From Octopus sinensis (Eukaryota), in NCBI RefSeq assembly GCF_006345805.1, contig NC_043003.1, positions 86,676,001 to 86,740,000 of the forward strand: a stretch of 64,000 bases of DNA, given 5' to 3'. Below the pieces are notes generated by a model. It made no database searches and was not told the origin of the DNA. It saw nothing but the letters and a program-made list of their open reading frames with translations. Every line of letters begins with the position of its first letter. Position 1 is the first letter of the stretch. The position numbers were made by a program, and so were the translations under genes. This document shows, in pieces, positions 1 through 11,973 of the stretch.

Positions 1-779
1 TATGTGTGTATATATACATATATACATATGCATGAATGTATGTATGTTTGTACGTGTATTTGTGTGCATGTGTGTTTGTCCGTGTGCGCGCACAAGTGTG
101 TATGTGCGTGTATGTATGTATGTATGTATGTATGTATGCATAAGTTTCTGCCTTCTCTCTATTCCTTCTCTTTGTCTCTGCCTCTTTCTTGAGCTGTTGC
201 AATTATCTGCCAAATATTGCTTAGCTTACATCTGACCGTCTTAAAATAAAGAGTAAATAAGAACTATTAACGACAGAATAGACAAACTGGAATGGTTTTC
301 ATCATCTGCCTGTTCTATTTATCTCTTGTGGTATTAAACAACCACAGAAGCAAACAATAGGATAATTTGAAATACATTTCTCTTTCATATGATTACTCTA
401 TAAAATGAAAAGAAAATGAAAACTTTTATCTGATCACGCTCTAAATTAATTGTCTAGTTAATATCATATAAATTTATACCATCTAATGTGAAGCTATATG
501 GAAGTAAATACGACCTGTCACAAGCAGAGGTTCAAAATGTAGTTATTACGTCGGCTTTTAGCAGCATGATGGGATAATGTTAAACCAAAATATGGTAATG
601 TAATTTATGAACGACCACCAGCAAACAAATTACAAAAATAAAACTTACGTGGAATAAGTGTCATATCAGTACATTCAACTTAGAGGTGAGCAATGATTAT
701 AGAAATTGTTATACTGAATATATTGGGTAGTTAGATAAATTCGTTCGCTTTTGTTTTTTTGTATTTTTAATGTTCCTTT

Positions 780-1183
780 GTCTTTTATCTTTTACTTTTT
801 GCAGTCATTAGATTGCGACCATGCTGGGGCACCGCCTTGAAGAATGTTGAAGTCGAATGAATCGACTTCTGTAATTATTTTCTTTTTAAGACCTGGTATT
901 TTTACTATCGGGCTATTTTGCCGAACCGCTAAGGTACTGGGACGTAAACACATCAACACGGGTTGTCTAGCATTGTGGAGAGGAACAAAAACAGGCAAAA
1001 AGGCACACATGCACGCGCGCATATACATATATGTTTATATATACGACAGACATCTAGCTTCCGTCTACCACTCACAAGGCCTTTGGGTCATTGTAGAAGA
1101 CACTTGCCTAAGGTACCACGCAGTGGGACTGAACCCGGAAGCATGTGGTTGAGAAGCAAACTCTTTACAATACAGCCACGCCT
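780..1183 (-). mobile_element. tRNA-derived SINE (family A), near full length: tRNA-like head, internal microsatellite, 3' domain
   Basis: Minus strand reads ggcgtggctgtattgtaaag...gggttcagtcccactgcgtggtaccttaggcaagtgtcttcta (A/B-box-like head); the other half (cagtcattagattgcgaccatgctggggcaccgcc) matches the copies at 8325 and 48669. Confidence 0.8.
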
Positions 1184-1461
1184 TATTTAAAATAACACGA
1201 AAAATATTTTTATCGTAGTGTCCTTTTTTTTAGCACTATCCTTCTATAAATTTTGTTTATCGGTTTTGAAATTTCAATAAATGTTAACCTTACTCAGATA
1301 TTTGACAATGGATTGCCAGTTAAGAAAAAAATTAGCATTTTCCACACCTGTTTCTCTTTGCTTTCCATCAAGGTTCCAGATCTGCCAAAACTGATCGATA
1401 CATCTATACTGTGTACAGAGAAAGCATTATTACAGGAAGAACTGTAAGGAAAGGATTTTTA

Positions 1462-1790
1462 TGATTCAAGATGGGGAATTTCGACCTCACAGACTCTCCA
1501 TGTTCCAGCCGACCTGTTCAGCTTAACGAAGATCGATTGAATGATCTCATCCACGAAGTTCTGCGGCAATCCATTAGCGAAATTGGTCTAGTAGATGTGA
1601 TATTCTCAAGACTCCTGTCACCTTCATTCGATAGGAAACCCAACCGATTCGATAAGCAATACTGCGTGTTTCTTCAAAACGGCAACGGTTGCCCCGATGC
1701 CACTAATTTGACCAAAATACTATTCAAGTGCTGCTGTATCCATCCTGTTCTCATCATCGCCATTTTCAGTCGGTCTCCAACATTATTCCA
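1462..1790 (+). mobile_element. mariner transposase fragment, internally deleted
   Basis: GNFDLTDSPCSSRPVQLNEDRLNDLIHE resembles GNFDLKDAPHFGRPVEFDEERFNQLLH of the 39964-41247 element; degenerate HDNARPH- and PYSPDL-like segments follow. Confidence 0.65.
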
Positions 1791-1888
1791 TAGTAGTGAA
1801 CATTTGCCCAAACTGTCACGCAGTAGAACTGAACCTGAAACCATGTGGTTTGGAAGCAAACTTCTTACCACACAGCTACGCCTGCACC
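1790..1888 (-). mobile_element. SINE family A 5' (tRNA head) fragment
   Basis: cagtagaactgaacctgaaaccatgtggtttggaagcaaacttcttaccacacagctacgcctgcacc matches the other family A heads. Confidence 0.75.
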
Positions 1889-1917
1889 TTACAGCCACAC
1901 AACCCCACACCCGCCCC

Positions 1918-1954
<37 letters not shown>

Positions 1955-1989
1955 ATGTATATGTGTATATATATAATCAAACGTACACA

Positions 1990-2030
<41 letters not shown>

Positions 2031-2336
2031 ACACACACACATACATATATATATAGTAGAAAAATGTTACGAAAAGAAAATATAAAATACACGTGGAAAT
2101 GTAAGGCTAAAATATGAAAAAACGAAAATGCATATTGCAAATAGAAAAAGCCTTTTTATACAGGTAGTGACAAATATATACATTTAGATTGACTGAGGTA
2201 GTAATACGAGTCATAAAGGTCATTATTATGAGATGATTATAAGATGATAATAAAGTAAGAGAACAAAACGAACCAATAGTTTACGCGAAGGCTATTCATC
2301 GTTTGAATATATACTATATATATAGATATATATATA

Positions 2337-2376
<40 letters not shown>

Positions 2377-2401
2377 AAACAAGAATAGTGTTGACAGTAA
2401 C

Positions 2402-2438
2402 TTTGAAGTTTCGACCAGCTAAGCCATCATCAGACCGT
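2402..2438 (-). ncRNA. degenerate type I hammerhead ribozyme-like motif in a probable PLE 3' end running into (TA)n
   Basis: Minus strand CUGAUGA-UGGCUUAGCUGGUC-GAAAC; stems I and III are poor; the downstream tail ends at (TA)n 2305-2372. Confidence 0.4.
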
Positions 2439-2814
2439 TGTACTTTGAGTTCATTATGGCTATATATATTTTCTGTTAATTAAAGATTTAATAGGGTAAG
2501 CTGAGTTCTCTTGAATGCTAATTAAGTTGTGTGGTAGGTTGTGATGGCAAGATGTCATGGAGAATTATTATTGATTAAATTTGGGGAAGTGTTATTGTTT
2601 AGAACTTGTTCATGCATACAGAACGTTGTAATCGAGTGTGTGTATTAGATGTGTCATCTTCAGGTCTTGAAGATTCACAAAAGAGTTTAAATAAGTTGTT
2701 GGTCAGTAGATATGTAACTTTCTTTAGTTGTTAGACTTATTTGGATATTAATGGGGTGTTTAACCTGTATGTATGCATGTATGTATGCATGTATGTATAT
2801 CTATGTGTGCATGT

Positions 2815-3010
2815 CATTGTGTCTGTCCCTCACCACCGGTTCACGACCGGAATTTGTTTATTTACGTCCCCATAACTTAACGGTTCGGCAAAAGAAACCA
2901 ATAAAATAAGGACCAGGTTTTAAAAAATAAGTTGTGGGATCGACTTGTTCAACTACATCCGGTGCTCTAGCATGGTCGCAGTTCGGTGACCGAAACAAAT
3001 AAAGTAAAAT
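2815..3010 (+). mobile_element. SINE family A 3' half
   Basis: tttacgtccccataacttaacggttcggcaaaaga...ggtgctctagcatggtcgcagtt...gaaacaaataaag is the reverse complement of the motif at 780-1000 and 48669-48830. Confidence 0.7.
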
Positions 3011-3071
3011 ATTATGTCTAAGCCAAAGGACAACATGTTAACATTACTTTATATAATATATATTTGGGTTG

Positions 3072-3125
3072 GATGTGGTACTGATGAAAGAGCAATAACT
3101 CTTGGAAGATGCATATTCACACATC
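3072..3125 (+). ncRNA. degenerate hammerhead-like motif
   Basis: GAUGUGGUA-CUGAUGA-AAGAG caauaa CUCUU-GGAAG-AUGCAU-A-UUCACACAUC: perfect 5-bp stem II, palindromic AUGCAU, GAAA core altered. Confidence 0.35.
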
Positions 3126-3137
3126 ACCTATTTTTAA

Positions 3138-3330
3138 GGTAGCGAGCTGGCAGAATCATTTGCGGCATTTCGTCCTTCTTTATGTTGAGTTCAAATTCCA
3201 TCGAAGTCGATTTTGCATTTCATTCTTTCCAGTTCAATGAAAATAAGTACCAGTTGAGCACTGGGTCGATGTAATCGACTTACCCCTCCCCTGAAATTGC
3301 TGGCCTTGTGCCAAAGTTTGAAATCAATAT
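3138..3330 (+). mobile_element. tRNA-derived SINE (family B)
   Basis: ggtagcgagctggcagaatc...gagttcaaattcc (B box)...gtcgattttgcatttcattc...aataagtaccagttgagcactgg; same family at 15281 and 38627. Confidence 0.8.
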
Positions 3331-3939
3331 CATATGCATTAAATCATACAAGACAAGCTGGTAAAGGATCGGCGCTAAATTGAAGAATTAATGCTAACAA
3401 ACATGTTATTTTTGTAGGATAATAAATGAAAACCAATTGACTCTTCTCGCTTAATATATTGCTAGTATTTTTATTGCATTCCTGTCAAAGAGACAAAGAG
3501 TAAAATTTCAACAAAAGAGAAATGGGTTCAAAATGTAGAGAGACGAAACTAAAGAAAACGAAATTAAAGAGAGCATATAATTAACTAGTTATTTGCACAC
3601 TTAGTTGTCATTCTAAATTATCAATTAACTCATGCGACATATCATTATTAGTTGCTGGTATGAATGTGTATATTGGTGAAAAGTGGGTAAACTCCAATAA
3701 AGCTCTAGAGAAAGCAATTGAATGTCACATATTTTGAAAAGAATGATTATTAAACTTGCCAGCCGTAATACGCCATGAGGCAAAATTCAACAGTGGATAA
3801 TGAATTCTTTAGATATAATAAATATCTTTCAATACACATACATACAAACACACACACTCTCTCTCTCTCTCTATTTATCTCTCTACCTCGCACACTCTCT
3901 GTCTCACTCTTATAGTGTGCTAGTGTGTATGTGCATATC

Positions 3940-5662
3940 TTATTATCAATATCACTTTATCATAGGTTTTGTTTGAGCTCCTGGTAGCGGTCTTACTACC
4001 TACAGCCTACAGTGCCATGCTTATTCGCTCTTCTCAGCTATTTAATACTTTACTGATTATTTTGGTCGTGCCTAGGAGGCAAAGCTTTTGTAACAGTTCT
4101 ACTGGGCACTTTATTCCAATTTCCTTTTTTACCTCTTGAAACCTTCTGATACTGTTCCCAAGGACCCAAAGATAATTGGCACTATCTTCATTTACTTCAT
4201 TTTCCATAGCTGGGCCATTTCGTACTTACGAGGGTTATATCTATCTATCTTTTCGCCTTCTTCCTCCACTATTCGTGGGTCAAAGGGACATGCAACATCA
4301 ACTATATAGCATATGTGGTGCACCTTGTCCACCACTACTAAGTTCGGTCTGTTGCGCTCTAGCACCTGATCTGTTTGGAATGAGAACTCCCAGAGGATTT
4401 TGCTAGTCCCCGACTCCACCGCACTCGGCGGTTTATGCTCATGTCACGTCTGCCTCTTTCTAGCCCCCACTTTCCGTACAGTTTCCAATGGAGCGTTTTC
4501 GCTACCTGGTTGTATCGCCACAACTTGTAATGGTTTAAGGCAGGTCTATAGCATTCGTTCGTGATATGGGAAATAGTTACATCCACTCTATTGCAGATGC
4601 GGCACAGTGGAGACACTCGCTTAATCCTAAGGTTGACCCTGCAGTTCGTGGCCAAAGCTTAGTCTTGTGCTGCCAGTATAGTGCTCTCGGCTTCCTTTTT
4701 CAAGTTCCTTTCAGCAGCCAATCCTACCTAATTTTTCCAGCGAATTCTGTTGTGGATAAATGGAACTGATTGTGTAGTCCTTTGTTGTGTAATTCTTCTT
4801 CACGTCCATTTTGTACTTCTTCCTTTGTTTTCATTTCTTTCTCTGTTCTCAATACTTCCTCATTCCTGACTGTCACTAGCAAGGCTTCCTTACTTTGGGC
4901 TCGGTATTTCATTAAGCTCGTGCTTGATACGCACGCAGTCTTCCATACTTATCAGTCCCCTTCCTCCACTTGCTCTCTTCATGTATAGGCGATTAGTGTC
5001 TGCTCGTGGATGGTGGGCTCCATACATCGTTAGGAGCTTTCTTGACTTCCTGTCCATCTCCTTTATCTCCTCTTCTGTCCACTTCAGGATTCCAGCGCCA
5101 TACCGAACTACTGTGACTGCCCGCGAGTTTATTGCCGAAATTATGTTTCTGGCATTCAGCTTTGGAACCAATATTTTTCCAACTCGCCGCAGGTACTGTC
5201 ATTTTGTCTTTTCCTTCATGTCGTGGTGTTTGATCCCATCTGACTCAAGTATTCTCAGGTATTTATAGCTGAATTGAAGTTGCACTGCCTTCATAATTTC
5301 ACCACTTCGCAACCCTATACCTTCTGTCCTGGCAAGCTTTCCTCGCCTCATCAGTATCGTAGCAAATTTTGAGAATCCAAACTCCATCTTAATATCATCG
5401 GAGAAAATCCGCACAAACTGGACAAGGCTGTTCAGTGGTCCTCGGGGTATTTTTGAATAGCTTCAAGCTGTCCATGAATAGCAAGCGGTTTAGTTTTCCC
5501 TTACCTCTTCCAGATCATACCCCAACTTTGTTTTCTGTATTTCACTCAAGGGAGATCATTCCCAGCACGAATATCAGTGGGGACACATTGGAAGATTCTC
5601 TCTTGATTTTCACCTCTCCTAGTACTGCTGTCAATTCCGTTCTCCAGCATCTCATGCTATTC
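3940..5662 (-). mobile_element. R4/Dong-type non-LTR retrotransposon, 5'-truncated and frameshifted (RT + CCHC + restriction-like endonuclease)
   Basis: Minus-strand peptides LLFMDSLKLF (RT), MEFGFSKFA, HHPRADTNRLYMKRASGGRGL, CRICNRVDVTISHITNEC (zinc knuckle), ILWEFSFQTDQVLERNRPNLVV..IVDVACP (RLE); 5' end abuts (TAA)n. Confidence 0.9.
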
Positions 5663-5681
5663 CATTATTATTATATTATTA

Positions 5682-5723
<42 letters not shown>

Positions 5724-5736
5724 CATTATTATTATT

Positions 5737-6290
5737 GAGTGAGAGAGCCGTGCATGCAATCAAAGTGACACTGGGATAAAATATAGAAGCTCGGTATATC
5801 CATCATGACTACTCGTTCAATAAGGGGACATGAGGCACAAGAATCACAACCATATGTACGCGACATGGTGTTCTCATATCAAGATAAACAGCACATAACT
5901 ATGCAGGTGAGGTCCAGTTAGAATTTTCTTCGGGTTGAGTAGCCCATCACGCTCAATAGGTCCCTGAATAAGTGTTGTTTTAAGGATGTAGAACAAAACA
6001 CCAATTTTTCCAGAGGTGAATTACTAAAACCCCAAAGAATTCCTCTCAAAACATGGCGATGATGCTCCCCCACTACTTCTGCTCGTGATCAGAATTGCAC
6101 ACGTCGTCAACCACTAAGAGACATGCTCAAGTAGTTATGGTCAATCAACTGACAAGCAAATCTAGGGCACTGAGGAGAATATTTGCTGTAGCCCATCTTT
6201 TGTAACAAGACAAAACATGTACATGATTACATTTCCAATCAGTAAAATCAGAAGCCATTAGAGCCACTGCCTGGTACTACATCCGGGCAT
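5737..6290 (-). mobile_element. non-coding ~550 bp element flanked on both sides by (TAA)n (family D; SINE-like or 3' UTR of a Dong-type LINE)
   Basis: Ends ...cccagtgtcactttgattgcatgcacggctctctcactc(aat)n; a homologous copy lies at 42047-42282. Confidence 0.7.
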
Positions 6291-6304
6291 TTGTTTATTT
6301 ATTC

Positions 6305-6306
<2 letters not shown>

Positions 6307-6394
<88 letters not shown>

Positions 6395-6396
6395 TA

Positions 6397-6444
<48 letters not shown>

Positions 6445-6465
6445 TATTATTATTATTATTATTTA
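6307..6465. repeat. (TTA)n microsatellite
   Basis: Direct reading. Confidence 0.95.
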
Positions 6466-6971
6466 CTTTTAATCTGCATGTTTGTTACAATCACTTTCCG
6501 AGACGGATTCAGTGTCTTAGGGTATGTGAAGGATAAGAGATGTTACGGTATGACTGAAAGCTTGGTGACGGCAAGTTGCAGGGGTAGTAGCGAAATATCT
6601 TCATGTAATACAACACAGAGATTTAAATTGATAAGGTTATCACTTAATTATGTTTATAATTATAAAAGAACATTTTCTATAAGTTTTTACCAATAATGTT
6701 TTTTTTCCATACCGAACTACTTGGTAAAATTTGTTAATTATTAAATTAATAATTCTTTATCCTATATCTATAATGATAATTTCACTCCCTGATAGCAAAT
6801 TGCAGTTTTTTCTGTGGTACTATGTTGTGACGCACATGGTGAACTGAGAGATGAATACGGAATTACTCGTCTATATAAATTCGGAAGTGCCGTTTATCTT
6901 ATGTTATGTTCGATGTCGCTTGATCGAGCGTGCATGAGTTTTGTTAGCATTTCAGATTTATAATCTTGAAT

Positions 6972-7030
6972 ATCATGCTGACGAAGGAAATGAATTTTAC
7001 ACAATTCTAATCCGGAAACGCGTACATGAT
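6972..7030 (+). ncRNA. type I hammerhead ribozyme motif
   Basis: Stem I AUCAUG/CAUGAU, core CUGACGA, stem II GGA..GAAUU/AAUUC..UCC, GAAAC, palindromic stem III ACGCGU, GUA cleavage triplet at 7022-7024. Confidence 0.75.
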
Positions 7031-7189
7031 GAACGAAGGCTGGTTAGTTTTTTCTTCTTTTTGCCTATGTGAGTTACGAGTATTACTGTCTGTGGAGATG
7101 TATTATAGTGGAAGAATTAGTAGTTTTGACTGCTATTTCTAAATTTCGGTATGTGGTGAAGTAACTTTTGCTGATCCCTTAATTATGTA

Positions 7190-7597
<408 letters not shown>

Positions 7598-7600
<3 letters not shown>

Positions 7601-7778
7601 AAAATAATATGTACAATTATTCAATAGTCAAGATAAAACTCTGAGTTTCGGATGCTGAAGTGGAAATCCACAACACCATGTCTTCGGTTATCGAAGAGAT
7701 GGTGTTGTGGATTCCACTTCGGCATCCGAAACTCGGAGCTTTATCTTGACATTGAATAATTGTACATATTATTTTATA
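7598..7778. repeat. fold-back inverted repeat (~88-bp arms) containing a hammerhead-like motif
   Basis: aaaataatatgtacaattattcaata...catgtcttcg versus cgaagagatgg...tgtacatattatttta. Confidence 0.9.
7632..7692 (-). ncRNA. hammerhead-like motif with one core substitution
   Basis: Minus strand GAUAA-CCGAAGA-...CAUCC-GAAACUCAGAGU-U-UUAUC: 5-bp stem I, ACUC/GAGU stem III, core CCGAAGA instead of CUGAAGA. Confidence 0.5.
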
Positions 7779-7842
7779 GATGAATTTCCTCTATTTACAT
7801 AATATTGAGGTCTCTTTCTTTCTTTTGATCTTACCGTTTTTA

Positions 7843-7901
<59 letters not shown>

Positions 7902-8324
7902 TTGTCTACATATGTGCAAGTGTGTGTGAGTATTATGTGTTTGTCTGTCGGTGAGAGAGAGTGTGTGTGTCTCTCTTTAAATTAATGATAGCTCTTAAGA
8001 ATTTTCCATACTTGTTATTGCTGTTGGCTGTTTAGGAAAAGAATTTTGCAACGTTCATTATTTTCAATATACGTTTTCTTAAGTAGCTAATTTAAAAGCA
8101 CGCCTTTTATCTTTAATTGTACACGTGATCTGTACTTTATACATAGTTTAAAATATGTTGAAAAGTTTTGTGTTTCTTTATCTGTTAATAAAATAACAGG
8201 AAACAAAATATGTATAGACTTAAATTCAAGAGACTAATGTGAATATCTTTAAAATATAATATGAAAATTTGTAATTACAGCCTATGACTGAATTCAGGAA
8301 TTCAAATATATCTTTATTTTTCAC

Positions 8325-8515
8325 ATATTTTAGTCGTTAGACTGCGGCCATGTCGGGGTACCGCCTTGAAAAGAGGTTTTAGACGAATAAATCGACTCAA
8401 GTACTTTTTATCTAAGCCTGGTACTTAACGTTTTGTTTTGTCGAACTGTTGAGTTGCAAGGACTGAAATGAACCAACACCGACTGTCAAGCAGTGGTGGG
8501 GGACAAACACAGACG
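8325..8515 (-). mobile_element. SINE family A 3' half
   Basis: gactgcggccatgtcggggtaccgccttgaa...aagcctggtactt...gtcaagcagtggtggggacaaacacagac. Confidence 0.7.
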
Positions 8516-9621
8516 CCCGGACACACATACACACATACCACACGCACACCCATGCGCGTACACGTACACACACAAACATACATACTTACATACATATATT
8601 GAAAAAGGGAGACAGATAGTGATGCATATTAACACGATTAAGATTGATATATGAATATACAGACACACATACAAATATATACAGGGATATATATATAGAT
8701 GCAAGAACTAAATATATTCTGAAGATAAGCACATATGTACAAGTATATAGATATTTAATATATACGAAAATTTACTTTAACATGGAGTATAAAAGACACG
8801 GTAAACTAAGAGGAGAATACATAGTTTGTTTTTTTTAACTCGATAGTTGTCACTGGGATTTTGGAATTATGTATTAGTTAAAATGTTCATAATTAGCAGA
8901 TGGAACGTGCGAAATCTTATGGATATGCAACTAGTAGACGGATGCATAGAGAAATTACCGTAATACAGGCTTCCTTCATCAGGAGGGGAAAATTGGCAGC
9001 AGTTCACATCGTGATGCGACAGACTTAAAGGTTGAATGGGGGAACAGGAAGAGACGAGCAAATGACAAGGAGAGGGAGCTTGCAAGCGGCTTAGGGAGGA
9101 ATATAGAAAAGAAAGGAAGATCAAGAGAAGATAAGAAATACAAGGCAATAAAAGTCACTAAAGGAGGTAAACATGTACAGTTGCGGTGTATAATTTTTTT
9201 AAGTAACACATTACACGTGACGATTGGCGTAATTTTATTTTTTATTGTTGGGATAGAATTTCCATCTTATGTTCTGTTTGATTATTTTGTAAATTGAAAC
9301 CTGAGATAAAAATCATAAAAGGGAGGTAATATCAGAATTTTTTTTTAATGCGTTATATCTGTATTGATCAATTTCGGGATTAACCCAACGGATTTTTAAC
9401 CTCTGTTAGCTTGCTTTCCTCAATTCAGCACGATGTGTATGTTATAGTGATGTATATTGCATGTGGTGATTAACGATTTCAAGTCTATTTCTCAGCATAT
9501 TGGCATAAAAATTTTTCTTTTGCCATTATTTATAATAGTCTATAATTTCCACCTTAAAAGTATTTTAATATGCAGGCCACTTGATGAAATTTTTTGCAAA
9601 AAGTTTATCCTATATTAGAAT

Positions 9622-9717
<96 letters not shown>

Positions 9718-9776
9718 TGTATGTATGTATGTATGTATGTACGTATATATATATATATGTATAAATGTATGTATAT

Positions 9777-9938
9777 GCAAGCGTAGCTGTGTGGTAAGAA
9801 GCTTGCTTCCCAACCACATGGTTCCAGGTTCAGTCCCATTGCGTAGCACCTTGAACAAGTGTTTTCTACTATACCCTCGGGCCGACCAAAGCGTTGTGAG
9901 TGGATTTGTTAGACAGAAACTGAAAGAAGACCGTCGTA
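9777..9938 (+). mobile_element. SINE family A 5' half
   Basis: gcgtagctgtgtggtaagaagcttgcttcccaaccacatggttccaggttcagtcccattgcgtagcaccttgaacaagtg...gaaagaagaccgtcgta. Confidence 0.8.
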
Positions 9939-10039
9939 TATATATACATATATATACTTTATTAATAAAACATATTACTCTACCTCCGGTATTCGATACT
10001 ATTTTTCCACCTTGTTTCACATCTATCTGCTTTCTCTGG

Positions 10040-10141
<102 letters not shown>

Positions 10142-11548
10142 ATGTATGTATGTATGTATACTTAATGTGTCTTATGTTTGTTATTCACTCAATAGCGGTG
10201 AATAATACTTGGATTTTCACGAGGAGTATTAGAAGCATCAACTCAGGTGTTTGCTTTGCGTGTGAATGTTCAAAAAACAACTTAGTGAATAGAGTTTTAT
10301 GAAAATATGTTGGTGGGCATTAGGATAGTTTACTTTTTGAGATGAAGCGATGAAAGTAAGCACTAGAAAAGTTTATTTTTTTCCCGTTACTTGACATAAT
10401 TATATTAAGTTTCCTTCTTGCCGTCGTTGTCAAATATTAAACGAGAATTAGAAAATTTAGCGGTGGTGTGTTGTTTCTTTTAATTTTCATTGCTAATTTC
10501 AATTCTTCTTTAAACTAACGACAGCAAAACAAATGAAAATTTATAGAAATAAAGAAAAATCTAATAAAAATCTTTATTCAATTAATATCAACGATGTCAA
10601 AGAATTCTAAATTGACTTTAAAATTAATTTTGTTTGTTTTTTAATTTAAAATGTACATAGCGATAAATATTGATTAGATGTTTGTTTTCAAGACTGTCAT
10701 CAACATAAAAGTAGATCTGCACGCGCGCGTGCGTGCGTGTGTGTGTGTGTGTGTGTGTGTGCGTACGCGCGCACGTGTATGTACATATATATAAATTATA
10801 CATTGTGGAGACATTTGTGCTAGTCATGAAGACATGGTCTCAATAAAGCACTGTCTCCTTTAACTCCTTCAAATCTGAATATATTAAAATAAATCAGGAG
10901 TTATCCATGTGGTATTCTGATGCATATGTGCTGCAGTTAATGCCGAAACCATAACTGTATGTTGCCCGATTATGCTGTGTAAAATAATGGAAAATATTCA
11001 AGTTAACGATTATAATAAGGACATATTGATTGAGAGGTTTATATCAATGCTAACAAAAATCATATTAACCGTTTCTTTATCTGCCACATGGGAAACAGAA
11101 GAAGTGACATTACAAAGACTATTTACAAAAACATTATGTTGTTGTTTACACATGGAAAACAATGATACATGAATGAGAGATAAGAGAGCAGCTTCTTAAA
11201 GCCAATCGCGAAACACATCTAGAAGATGGCATCAAAATCAGGTACCATCTTCCAGCTTAGTTCCTCGGCCCACAAGCAAATGCTGAGCATTGTGTCACTC
11301 TTACCCATTTTCATCAAATTTAATAGAAAGCAATTCCTCATTATTCACGTTCATCTTCTCTTCTAACTTGACCGAAAAGAAAGGTGTCTACTCAACCTTT
11401 CCGAGTTTGTCCGCCGGTCAAACTCTTTCACTAGAGGCTGTGATTTAAGGAAGTGTTGACTGATATGTCTAACATTTCGAACGAGGTTCCTCTATATTTC
11501 TAGCTGGCGGATGCTCTCTCATTGGCTGTGTGTGTATGCGTGTGTGTA

Positions 11549-11594
<46 letters not shown>

Positions 11595-11597
11595 AAA

Positions 11598-11866
11598 CAA
11601 TTGCAGCGTGGAAGGTGTTTGTAAGCCATTTAAGAAACACACAAAAGCCGTTCGATTCACTTCAACATTTAAGTTTAATTTGTCAAAATATTTTCGTCGC
11701 TTTAAGACCTGCATCTCAGATGCAGCACGGATTTTTGTCAGTGAACAGGTTGCGGCCTTAAAGCGACGAAAATATTTTGACAAATTAAACTTAAATGTTG
11801 AAGTGAATCGAACGGCTTTTGTGTGTTTCTTAAATGGCTTACAAACACCTTCCACGCTGCAATTAT
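11598..11866. repeat. near-perfect fold-back inverted repeat (~110-bp arms) between (TA)n tracts
   Basis: aattgcagcgtggaaggtg...cgtcgctttaag versus cttaaagcgacg...ccttccacgctgcaatt; this explains the twin ORFs with identical N-termini on opposite strands. Confidence 0.95.
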
Positions 11867-11933
11867 TTTCGTTTCAGCACACGATCTCAGATCAAATCAC
11901 TTGCTATGCAAGTACATCTCCCTATACATATAT

Positions 11934-11973
<40 letters not shown>

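Noticed and set aside
8950-8990. CUGAUGA hit on the minus strand (also bare hits near 39167, 51831 and 57765)
   Set aside because: No convincing GAAA plus stems I-III; at most very decayed remnants.
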